NCBI GenBank assembly: GCA_051313645.2
Contig: JBNRSN020000004.1
Coordinates: forward strand, 168,330,001 to 168,394,000
DNA: 64,000 nt
From: Centroscyllium fabricii
Lineage: Eukaryota
Reading direction: 5' to 3'
A model generated the notes under the pieces. The model worked only from the letters and a program-made list of their open reading frames with translations, was not told the DNA's origin and searched no databases. Positions 26,691 to 38,237 of this stretch are shown in pieces; positions within the stretch are counted from its first letter, which is position 1, and each line of letters opens with the position of its first letter. A program made the position numbers and the translations under genes.

Positions 26691-27092
26691 GAAAGAAAGA
26701 CTTGCATTTATATAGTGCCTTTCATGACCTCAAGGTGTCCCAAAGCACTTTACAGCCAATTAAGTACTTTTTGAAGTGTAGTTACTGTTGTAATGTAGGA
26801 AACACGGCAGCCAACTTGCGCAGAGCAAGCTCCCACAAACAGCAATGTGATAATGATAGTGATGTTGATCGAGGGATAAATATTGGTCAGGACACCGGGG
26901 ATAACTCCCCTGCTCTTCTTCGGAATAGTGCCATGGAATCTTTTACGTCCACCTGAGAGAACAGATGGGGCCTTGATTTAACGTCTCCTCCGAAAGACAG
27001 CACTTCCTCAGTACAGTACTGGAGTGTCAGCCTAGTCTCTGGAGTTGGACTTGAACCCACAACCTTATGACTCTGAGGCAAGAGTGCTACTC
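26691..27092 (-). mobile_element. Deu-domain SINE
   Basis: Homologous to 98-527 and 41521-41952. Confidence 0.8.
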
Positions 27093-27297
27093 ATGGATTA
27101 GTTGTATTTAGACTTTTTAAACTTTAGTTCTAACTCCTGTTTTTATTCACGTTTATAGAACTATCCCGAACATTTATTTTAGATGATCAGTTTGAAAAGC
27201 CATTGTCAGCATTCATCATTTTACTTTTAGATTAGCTGCACTTGCATAATAATCTTTATTTAATGCCATAATCTATCCAAAGCAGCATAATTCAATA

Positions 27298-27970
27298 CAG
27301 GTTGTGCACCGAAAATCCGTGACCCGAAACGCCGGCAGCTTCAGTCTGCCGGCACAAATTGCCCCGACTGCACTGCGCATGCGCGAGATGGCAGCCGCCA
27401 TCGCGGCTTCGGTGAATGATCTGCGCATGCGCCGCTGAACGGCGAGCGCATGCGCAGATCATTCAAAACGGCTGCCGGGTGTTTTGAATGATCTGCGCAT
27501 GCGTCGCCGGACGGCTAGCGCATGCGCAGATCATTCAAAACGGCCGCCGGGCCTTCCGAGGCGTCAGGGCGAAAATAAAACTGGAAGCGCACAGTTCCCG
27601 GCGAGCAGGCTGTCCCTGTGCGAGAGCCAGGAATGGGAATGTTGAGCGGAGTTCCTTACCCGGCTTTGCTGCTGCTGGAGTCAGTGGATGAGCGGCTGGC
27701 TGAGTGAGTGAACAGCTCCGGCTCGTGTCTCGGCAGTACTAGCATATCCAGTGAGCACTCACTCTAAAAATAGCTCCCCTCCCCCTGCACCAATCCGCAC
27801 ATACACATGGCCCCACTCAGCCCCCTCTTTTGGACTTTTCCTGCATCGTTCGGCGGCCATTTCTAATGTTTTGCATGGTGCGCGCATGCGCACTGACCGA
27901 CTTCATTCTGCCGGTTTTTTCACTTTCCCGGCCTGGTCCCGCCCGTGCCGGATTTCCGGTGCGCAACCTG
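27298..27970. mobile_element. Tigger-like MITE, same family as 3458-3988 (inverted), different interior
   Basis: TIR CAGGTTGTGCACCGAAAATCCG / CGGATTTCCGGTGCGCAACCTG; TA TSD. Confidence 0.88.
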
Positions 27971-28129
27971 TAATAGTTATGGCTAGGGATAAGCAAAATA
28001 CTTGAATTTTACACTGTCCAGTTAGGGCAATGTTATTTCATATTACCCTACTGAAAGATATGAAGTTAACATATTCCCATGCTAAGTTAGTTATTTTCAC
28101 AAAGAATACTAGGTAATTAATTCTACTAT

Positions 28130-28425
28130 ATAGTGGTTAGCACTGTTGCCTCACAGCGCATGGGGCCCAGGTTCAAATCCGGCCTCGGGTGACTATCTGT
28201 GTGGAGTTTGCACATTCTCCCCGTGTCTGCGTGGGTTTCCTCCGGGTGCTCCGGTTTCCTCCCACAGTCCAAAGATGTGCGGGTTAGGTTGATTGTCCAT
28301 GATAAATTGACCCTTAGTGTTAGGGAGATTAAATATGTGGGGTTACGGTGGGATATGTGTCGGTGCAGGCTCGATGGGCTGAAATGGCCTCTATCTGCAC
28401 TGTAGGGATTCTATGATTCTATGTT
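28130..28425 (+). mobile_element. V-SINE
   Basis: Head, V-domain and (ATTCTATG)n tail. Confidence 0.82.
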
Positions 28426-30210
28426 AATATAACATTTAATTCATGACTGTTTATTTTGTGAAATTCAATAAGACACCAATTTTAAAAGCTGGCATCAAAT
28501 GCTATTTTTCCAATTCCGCTACATTAAATGAGTTGGTTTCAGAATAGTTGTCGTTAGTGGAAATACGCAAATGGCTTTAGGTGTTAATTAATTGGGAAAA
28601 AAACAGAATGAGCTTGTATTTTTGATCTTTTAATTACTCTGAGTCCATGTTGGATGCATCCATTTTAAGTTGAGCTGATACTTAACTGTATCCATGTTTA
28701 CTATTTGCTTCTAATACTGTAGAATCCCACCATACTGAAGTAATTCAAACCAAGACCCATTTTCTAGATAAATTTGTTAGTGCTGGTATTTTTTATTTGT
28801 GTTTATTGCTTTTGTTTTTTTTAATGCTGACGTTTTGTCAAACATAATTGCTTACCAAATACTTAAAATTTTCCAGTATTACAATTTAATGATGAAAAAA
28901 ATAACAAAACTTCTGGTAAGGGATTGGTGAAGGGAATGCTGCTATGTGCCTGCTGTGAAGAGATTCGCCTGCAGGGTGCACTAGAGCTTTACATCTGATC
29001 AGATTGGCTTTGCTGGAAAATTTCTGCTCATGGAAGTCACACATCCTACATGGTAAAAATGGAGATTGAAAAACTTTCCATGAACAACTTGACACTGATC
29101 AATGAGTTAGACTGGACATTATCATGAACAGAAGGGGAGTTTCGGTTAGGATTCTTGAAAGCTGTGAGGTTGACCTATTACCTGATCAGTATTGTTGCCG
29201 TTATCCATTCAGCTGGCATTGCTGCATGGTCAGGCTGTGAGGCATTCCTATCTGGGCTTGTACGCTGGCATGCCCAGCTTTATAATGTGACACTTCTTCA
29301 AGAACATATCCAATTAGAGCAGATAAGTTGTTAGAGGGATGAGGATGAGTAATGGGATATGTCTTGGAGCTTTGCTTGATTCTCTTATGTAATTGGAGAG
29401 GAATTTTTCATGGTTTTTCCTAATTGGCTGTAGTCTTTTTCCTTTTTTTTTTGCTTCTCAATGGAGATTGCGTGGTTAATGGGTGGGTAGATGGTGTATA
29501 TGATTGCACTGTATCTGGATAGGATGCACTTGATGGTCCTGATTCTCTCTTTCCTGTCCTTTTAATATACGTTATTCCGTTTCTCCAGAAATCATAAGGT
29601 GGTTATGAATTCTGGACTCTATTTAATGTTTTATTGAGCTCCAGTACTTCTGTGTGTGCTGTTTTCTCTCAATGCTCAGCAAGTACAACACTAAGTACAA
29701 CAGGCACAGTTTCCAATATATAACCGCCCTCATATGTCCAAAATGCCCCTGTGCTTTGCCTGGAGCCCTCCCGCCCTGCTCTCTCCTGGTTCCAGTTTGC
29801 ACTGTGAATTGGACTAGTACCTAGCCCGCCCACACCCTGCCTGCTTTGTTTAAAAATAAGCATAATTGGTCAGGGCTCCAGGGAGGAGCCGAGCTCAAGT
29901 TAAAACTAGGTCAGAGAATGCAGAAGAGGATTCAGAACTGCTGCAAGAAAATGAAAGAATGGCATTTCAATGGGAATTTAAAAAATTACATTTTCTAAGT
30001 GGCCTGAGTTTGTGAGACCCACTCTGGTTCCAGTCTCCTTGCTGGAAGCAGGATTCAGAGCCAGGGTCCACGTCCCACTCAATTATGCACATACAGCTCA
30101 ATATACACACAATCCACTTGGCACTTTTACATTGGCTTTTAGCTGTGCCACTTCTGAATTGCCACTGTGCCTGTTGTGGCGAATTCTAATTAGAAATGTA
30201 GGAACATATA

Positions 30211-30912
30211 GGGGTAAATTTTCCTCAGGCCGTCAGGCGGGCTTTTCGGCAGAGATGGGCGCAAAATACCAAAACCGGCGTCCCGACCCGAATCTTTCCC
30301 GACGGGAATGGTCGTTAGGCTCATTAAGCACCCTTAATTGGCATGTATAATGCCATTTTAAGGGGCCCTTGGTATTTTCAGGTGTTCCCCACCCGAAACC
30401 CGCCAGTCTGAAACCCCGCTGGTGAAATCTGGCGTGGACACAATTGCTTGCTGACTATCAGCTGAAAGTCAAAGGTAGATATTGAATCAGCTGTAGCAGA
30501 AGTCGTCCCTGGGCACCAGGCTGCAGGAGGGCTGACTGTATCCCTAGGGTGTACAAGATCAGTGGGGAAAAAAGCTTTCACAGACTTGCCTTGCAGCTGC
30601 TTTTTAATGTTTGACAGATAGCTCTTCACCAGCTGTCAATGATACGGGTCTGCTGCAGTAGGTCCCAGTGAAATGGACGCTGTCAGTCAAGGGCTGTGGT
30701 TTCACTAGGCTTTGGGGCTCTGCTCTTTGAGCAGCCGGCACCCCGCCGGCTTTCTGACTGAAAACAGTCAAGTGGCAAGGGTTCCAACATGCAGGGAATT
30801 AATTGGCCAATTAAGCCAAAATTGCATGGGGCTCCCAGGCCCTTCAACATTCGTGTCAGAAACCTGACCCGTCCGAAACCCACCAATTCCCCACACATGG
30901 GAAAATTATCAA
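30211..30912. mobile_element. Harbinger-like MITE
   Basis: GGGGTAAATTTTCC ... GGAAAATTATC; shares TAATGCCATTTTAAGGG with 24424-25177. Confidence 0.6.
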
Positions 30913-31546
30913 CAGCAAAATCAGCACGCTAGACAGTAAAATATATGGTGCATGTTGCTGATCTCGCTGTTGCTGGGAAGTCTAACCAATATTACTGCCT
31001 TGAAATGTTATTGTATATGCAGTTAATATTCTTACCAAAAGATGGCCTAATAGTAGTATTTGGCTTACTGGTGCATGCACATTCTTACTTAATCATTGCA
31101 TATTACAACTTCAGGAAAACAGAACATTCTGATTAATGGAATGAAGTAGAAACTTTTCTAAAGAGTTAGCTTTGCTACAAGGGAGGGGTAGGAGAGTCAG
31201 GGTGCTACAAAATAAATGTTTTTCACTTGCCCAGTCAGGCAAGTGGATTTCTAAAACACTTGCCGGAACACAAATTTCACTTGCCCGAAATTTTTAAAGA
31301 AATAAATAAAGATTTTACCTTTTTATTAAAATGCTTTAATATAAAGCCATAGATTATGATTGTGCGTTTAGTTGCATTGGCGGTTTCTGCCCCTCTCTAT
31401 TATCCTCTCCATCCTATTCCACCTTTAAAAATCTTTTCAAAAATCTATTTCCTCAATCATTCACTCCATTTCTTCATTTCGCTCTTCCAAACTTTCTGTG
31501 AAGCCTCCACAGGCCGCGGGCTCCCTCACTCTGTCTCCCCGCCTAC

Positions 31547-31688
31547 CTTTGTCCAGCAGCCGCTCCAGGTCCGTGAAGATGCTGCAAAGGTTGGGCAGGC
31601 TCGACGTCAGCTTCTTGTCATTCATCAGCTGCATCAAATAGTCGGGACTGGGTCTCGGCTTCTCCTTCACTCCCATTTCCACCACCAT
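31547..31688 (-). pseudogene. QKI: Captured QKI (quaking) family coding exon 1 with native donor
   Basis: [47 protein letters not shown]; 142 coding nt then AAG|GTAGGC; no downstream QKI exons seen. Confidence 0.9.
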
Positions 31689-32065
31689 CCTTTTATAGAT
31701 ATTTTCCCCCCTCTGAGGAGTAATTATAAAGATTTTATAATTGATCGAAAGAATAAAGACCGAGTTGGTTTTTTTTCTTCAGAAGCCGCTCCGGTTTTCT
31801 CTCTTCCCCCTCAGCGGGTCGACGGCACCGACCCACTCCACCTAACCTGACTGCTGCCCTGTCCCGATTGTCATGCTGCCTCCTTCAATCACCGCCACGC
31901 CGCCCATCTCTCTCCTCTCTCTTTCCCCCCCCCCCCCCCCCCCATAGCCAATCCTCACCCGCCTCCAGGGCTGGATCCACCCACCCGTTCCCGTCATCAA
32001 CCAATCGATTTGATGCGCCACCTCCTCCAGTCGACCGCCACGGCAAACCGAGACGTAAACACGAT

Positions 32066-33517
32066 CATAGAAACTAGGAGCAGGAGTAGGCCACTCGGCC
32101 CCTCGAGCCTGCTCCGCCATTCAATGCGATCATGGCTGATCATCCAAATTCAGTACCCTGTCCCTGCTTTCTCCCCATACCCCTTGATCCCTTTAGCCTT
32201 GAGAAATATATCCAACTCCTTGAATATATTTAATGAATTGGCCTCCACCGCCCTCTGTGGTAGAGAATTCCACAGGTTCACCACTCTCTGGGTGAAGAAA
32301 TTGCTCCTCATCTCTGTCCTAAATGGCTTACCCCTTATCCTTAGGCTGTGACCCCTGGTTCTGAACTCCCCCACCATAGGGAACATCCTTCCTGCATCTA
32401 GTCTGTCCAGTCCTGTTAGAATTTTATAAGTTTCAATGAGATCCCCTCTCATTCTTCTAAACTCCAGCGAGTATAAGTTTAATCGACCCAATCTCTCCTC
32501 ATATGTCATTCCTGCCATCCCTGATGAATCTTCGCTGAACTCCTTCCATCGCGAGAACATCCTTCCTCAGATAAGGTGACCAAAACTGCACACAATACTC
32601 AAGATGTGGTCTCACCAAGGCCCTGTATAACTGCAGCAAGACATCCTTGTTCCTGTACTCCAACCCTCTCACTACAAAGGCCAACATACCATTTGCCTTC
32701 TTAACCGCCTGCTGCACCTGCATGCTTACCTTCAGCGACTGGTGCACAAGGACACGCAGGTCTCGTTGCACTTCCCCTTCTCCCAATCTATTGCCATTCA
32801 GATAATCAGCCTTCCTGTTTTTGCCACCAAAGTGGATAACCTCACATTTATCCACATTATATTGCATCTGAAACACCCAACCTGTCCAAATCATACTGGA
32901 GTTTCTCGGCATCCTCCTCACAGCACACACGCCCACACAGCTTTGTGTCGTCTGCAAACTTGGAGATCTTACATCTAGTTCCCTTGTCTAGATCATTTAT
33001 ATATGCCATTCAATGAGATCATGGCTGATCATCCAAACCCAGTACCCTGTCCCTGCCTTGTCCCCATATCCCTCTCGAGCCTGCACCGACACACATCCCA
33101 CCCGATCACCGTAACCCCACATATTCAATCCCCCTAACACTAAGGGTCAATTTATCATGGCCAATCAACCTAACCTGCACATCTTTGGACTGTGGGAGGA
33201 AACCGGAGCACCCGGAGGAAACCCACGCAGACACGGGGAGAATGTGCAAACTCCACACAGATAGTACCCGAGGCTGGATTTGAACCCGGGTCTCTAGTGC
33301 TGTAAGGCAACAGTGCTAACCACTATGCCTTCTGAAAGTCCAAATTCACCACATCCACTGGTTCTCCCTTATCTATTTTACCAGTTACATCCTCAAAAAA
33401 TTTCAGTAGATTAGTCAAGCACAATTTACCTTTTGTAAATCCATTTTGACTTTGTCCGATCCGGTCACTATTTTCCAAGTGCTCTGCTATTACATATTTT
33501 ATGATGGACTCTAGCAT
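32066..33517 (-). mobile_element. CR1 LINE fragment inside the Pack element
   Basis: RT peptides CLTNLLKFFEDVT, KANGMLAF, EFRRMRGDLIE; tail at 32066. Confidence 0.9.
33005..33325 (-). mobile_element. V-SINE inside the CR1
   Basis: Reverse complement of 13139-13480; ATGCC on both sides. Confidence 0.85.
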
Positions 33518-34514
33518 GGCACACTCCAATCAACCCCTTCAATACAACTAAACCAGACCTGCAATCAATACGAAACCCCAAATGACACCTAATCATCATT
33601 TTGTATTCTACCACCCAAACCGTAGCCACGTTTAGTACCCTGAAAGCCAACCCCATCAACTCAACCCTGCCCAACTCAAATCTCCGGTCAAAGAACATCT
33701 TTAACCCCATCAACATGTAGCACTGAACTGTGCAAGAATAGTAATGCATTTAACTGAATGTTATACAACTTTTGCTGTACTACTTCAAGATAATAAGCAA
33801 ATTTTGCACAATTCAACAAAAATATTTTTAAGTCCATTAAAATGCCAGTTCATTGTACCCTGTATTAGTGCACGTGTGGTCACAGTAGCAGCAATTTTAC
33901 AGTAACCCGATAATGCCCTGTAACATGGAATAAAATAAAACTAAATATTATTTCGGTTCAAATCATATATTACAATAAGTTTAAAATCACGATTCAATTT
34001 CAGGAGCCCCCAGACTCCTTAATGACATAGGCAGCCGGGTTGAACACACTTGAGAAACCCACCACACTAGACATAAATAAGGCAACACTGTGGCGGTTGT
34101 CCACTGATAAACTAATGCACCTTTGTATAAAGTCAGCATCCACTGCCTTATAACGCAGGTTATCCTATGTCTATGGGAGGGTGGATAAACACTGTAGTGT
34201 TTTACAGATTAAAGCCTGAATTTAAAAGCTGGCGGCTATTCCCCAAGTATAATGTAAAACGCCATTGCACGGGACAGAAAGCTTTGGGGGGCCAGGTGAA
34301 CCGCAGACATGGATGGACTCGGGGCTGTGCTGTGTGTTGGTTGTTCAGTGTCAGGCGGTGCTGTCTACACACCCTCCCGAACCGCAAATACAACTCGGAG
34401 CACCGAAGGGACACCATTGCAAACAGCCCAATCCGGCACTTCAAATAAACCCACGAAATTAGCTCAGAAACGAAATGTGCCACAAATTTCGACGTCGTGG
34501 CTTAATAGCATGGG

Positions 34515-36400
34515 CTAACTTGAAAAGGGGTATCATGAAGGCCAAACGCAACTACTCAATGACGATTGAGGACCATTTTCAAAATAATACAGACCCCCCG
34601 GCGCATGTGGCAAGGCATTCAAACCATCACTGATTATAAGAGCAAGAACACCTGCCCCCCCCCCCCACCAGTGACGCCTCCCTCCCTGACGAGCTTAACA
34701 ACTTCTATGCTCTCTTTGACATGAACAACAGGGAGCCAGCCACCTTAGCCTTGCTACCCCTGGACGATCAGGTGCTCACACTGTCCATCTCTGACGCAAG
34801 AGGTTCTTTACGCAGAGTGAGCACACGTAAGGCTGCCGGCCTAGACGGTATCCCTGGACGAGCTCTCAGGGCATGTGCTGACCAGTTGGCTGAGGTCTTC
34901 ACTGACATCTTCAACTTATCACTGGCTCAGGCAGTGGTCCCCACATGCTTTAAGACCACAACCATCGTTCCGGTGCCAAAGTTGGGATGTGCCTGAATGA
35001 CTACCACCCTATTGCACTCACTCCCATTATAATGAAGTGCTTCGAGAGACTGGTCCTGACACACACAAAAGCCAGCGTGCCCGCCACCCTAGATCAACAC
35101 CAGTTTGCCTACCGCACAAATAGGTCAACTGAAGATGCCATTTCATCTGCTCTTCACTCCACTTTGACCCACTTGGAAGGCAAAGACACCTACGTCAAAA
35201 TGCTGGTCATCGATTAGAGCTCAGCATTCAATACCATCATCCCGACCAAGCTTGCAACCAAACTCCATGCCCTTGGCCTTAACACCTCCCTCTGAAAATG
35301 GACCCTGGACTTCCTGACGAACAGACCCCAGTCTGTTAGGTTATGTAACTTCACCTCCACCACCCTAACCCTGAGCACCGGGGCTCCACAAGGATGCGTG
35401 TTGAGCCCTGTCCTCTACTCCCTCTTCACCCATGATTGTGTGCCTGTCCACGACTCCAATACCATCATCAAGTTCGCGGATGACACCACAGTGGTGGTAG
35501 GACTGATCACCAACAATAACGATTCAGCCTACAGAGAAGAGGTCCAACACCTTGTGGCGTGGAGCGCTGACAACAATCTGTTCCTCAACACCAAGGAGCT
35601 CATTGTAGACTTCAGGAAGTCCAGAGACATCAGACACACCCCGATCTACATCAATGGGGCTGAGGTGGAAAGGGTCTGCAGCTTCAAGTTCCTGGGCGTC
35701 CACATTATGGAAGACTTCTCATGATCCCTCAACTCATCCTCCTTGGTGAAGAAAGCTCAGCAGCGCCTATACCTCCTGCGGAGGCTGAAGAAAGTTAATT
35801 TATCCTCCCAGCTTCTCTCCAACCGCTACTGCTGCACAATAGAAAGCATCCTGACGAACTGCATCACGGTGTGGTATGGCACCTGCTCCACCTCCTACAG
35901 GAAAGCCTTGCAGCGAGTAGTCAAAACTGCCCAATACATCACCGGTACCCAGCTACCTGCTATTCAAGACATCTATGAGAAGCGTTGCCTGTGGAAATCT
36001 CTCAGCATCACCAGGGACCCCAGCCACAGACTGTTTGCCCCCCTGCCATCTAGGAGGTGCTACAGATGCATTCGAGCCCGGACGACCAGGCTCAGGAACA
36101 GCTTCTTCCCTCGGGCTGTTATCCAGCTGAACTCTATCACTCAACACCAAATCTGTCTACCATCGGCACCCCACCTGCACTTTCTGCATTAACAGCCCTT
36201 TTGCCCCCCCAGCACTTGCTCATCTACTCTTTGAAATGCTATTTGCACTCTTTATTCATTTATCTATTTATTTATTATTTATCCATAACTCTGTATAATT
36301 TATAACTTAATGTCTGCTATGTCATGTCCTGGTAGCTTGTGAGCTCACTTTTTGTTGCACTGTGCTTATAGACTGTGCAATGACAATAAAATTGAATTGA
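34515..36400 (+). mobile_element. Rex1/Babar-type LINE (RT region), same family as 17763-18689
   Basis: [49 protein letters not shown]; AATTGAATTGAA tail. Confidence 0.9.
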
Positions 36401-36608
36401 ACAAAATAAAATTAATATTTAGCTCAGATAAGCCACCGGTAAAGTTCAACAAGCGCATAATTGTAACCAAATAAAGCACAATAGGGGTCACTGCCAACCG
36501 TCAGAGAACCGGACCATTTACCTCAGACTCTTAACCCAGATATAAGCATCTCCACAGACATGCACGGAATCAGCTTTGAGAAGATTGCCCTCCCTTTTCC
36601 CCCATCTC

Positions 36609-36731
36609 TCACTGGATAGTTTTCCGCCCTTGTCTCCTTCTGCGCTGTAAAATGAAGTAAGAATTGGGGTTTTCCGTCACCCAGAGCTTGAGAGCATTTT
36701 TCAGCAGCACTTCTTCAGGCTTTAGCCACAT
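36609..36731 (-). pseudogene. TBC1D8: Captured N-terminal coding fragment of TBC1D8 (TBC1D8/8B family); 40-aa ORF, absent from the ORF track
   Basis: Manual translation [40 protein letters not shown]; the first ~35 aa match the TBC1D8 N-terminus. Confidence 0.87.
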
Positions 36732-37911
36732 AATGAAAACCTCACGCGGACATCAGAAATGTATGCAGTTTCTTTCCTTCCTCAGTCAAATGCTAGTCAC
36801 CTAGATTGGGTTTTCTGTCCCGCCATTGCTTATATTGACCAAACACACTTTCTTTCCACCTGTACTAAGCCTTACAGTGCACCTTCCCTGGGGCTCACAA
36901 TCTACGCTCATCCCGTGGCCTTGATCATCGATGTGAAATACATCGGGCAAGTGCGATTTTCATTTGCTTGCCCTTCGGCGCATTTTGCTTGCCCCGGGCA
37001 AGCGGTTTTGTCGCGACCTGGGAGAGTGAAGAAAATGTACTGAGGCGTACTCGAGTAATTAGAATAACACTTATAGGTAAAACACAATCCCTGAATAATA
37101 CATACATTTCTTTGAATCCTGCTGTTTTCGCCTCTGCTGTTTAGTTTTCCTAAGACAGTATCTACTGTGCCTGAGTACCTACCAGCTGCCAGGACTCCAC
37201 AACTCCAACTTTCAACTGCTCACTAGATGATGTGCAAGAGCCTAGGGAGGATTTGGCAGATTTCCTACTCTTCCCCCAGCAATATGGCCAAGATAAAAAC
37301 TGGAGCAAAGTGGGAATTAAACCTGTTCACGCACAATAGATGTCAAGAAAGCAGTGCCCTGAACTATTGGATTGCCTTTCATGGTAGTGTTATGTAACAC
37401 GTTTCCAATAATTTTAAAGGACTTAATTCCTGAAAAATAAATCTTCCTGTTTCAGTTAATTTTGTCAGTTTTCATGAGAACTTTTGAAGATTTCAGAGAT
37501 ATTGGAAATCTCCACACTATTGGTTGATCAGATTGACCCTGACAGTGTACCCGGAGAGAACTATGGTTTTTACCATTTCCCATTGTAGAACGCAATTGGG
37601 CTGGGATATGCAAAACTAGAAAAAGTGACCAATATTATTTAGGCTTACTAAACACTAATGCAAAAGGATTTTGGAAAGTGACTGTTTATGGTTCACTTGG
37701 AGCATCTCTTGTAGTTTGAATAATAAACAATTTGCTCTATTGTTGAGGTGTTATTGGTATGACTCAGATCTCTTTACATTACAAATGAACAGCATTGTAC
37801 TGATACTCATTGGTATGCGTGTGTTTTTTTTGTTAGCTGTGTATATAGAAATGCCCACGAATCTCCAAAAGCAAACTGCTGAGAAGTAAACATCAGTAAT
37901 TCCCTTTTGTT

Positions 37912-38237
37912 TGTTATGGAGTTCACACTCTCTCCTGATAGGACATGCTACAGCTACACTGAGTCCTGGTTAGACCATGATGCAATAAAGACTTACCAAG
38001 CTTTTAGTGAACATAAAGCAAGGCTTTATTCAACTTATAACATAACATAAAGACACAGAGCTAGTTCACAGTCACTAGCCTCCTAGTTCTAGAGTGTCTG
38101 TTTAAACTGGTGCTTAGGCCCCAGTATTTATACTCCCTGGTCAGGTGCCCTCAGCTGGCCGACCAGTAACTGTTCCTAGGTTGTTTGGAAGTCCAACCAA
38201 TAACTCTTCCTAGGTTATTTCAGCACCATTCGAGACT
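37912..38237 (-). mobile_element. Probable partial LTR of the Gypsy element
   Basis: TGTT terminus; AATAAA and TATAAATA on the - strand; adjoins pol remnants. Confidence 0.55.

Larger units (their letters stand above)
31198..37020. mobile_element. Non-autonomous hAT-like DNA transposon carrying host-gene fragments (Pack-type), with later CR1, SINE and Rex1 insertions
   Basis: 15-bp TIRs CAGGGTGCTACAAAA / TTTTGTCGCGACCTG (12/15); flanking direct repeat GGAGAGT (31191-31197, 37021-37027); CTTGCC subterminal repeats at both ends. Confidence 0.82.

Noticed and set aside
31461-31688. QKI as a real nested gene or a processed pseudogene
   Set aside because: Only exon 1 is present, with intron sequence retained, no later exons and no poly(A); it lies inside TIRs
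31356-31850. 164-aa + strand ORF
   Set aside because: Antisense shadow of the QKI fragment; no recognisable protein
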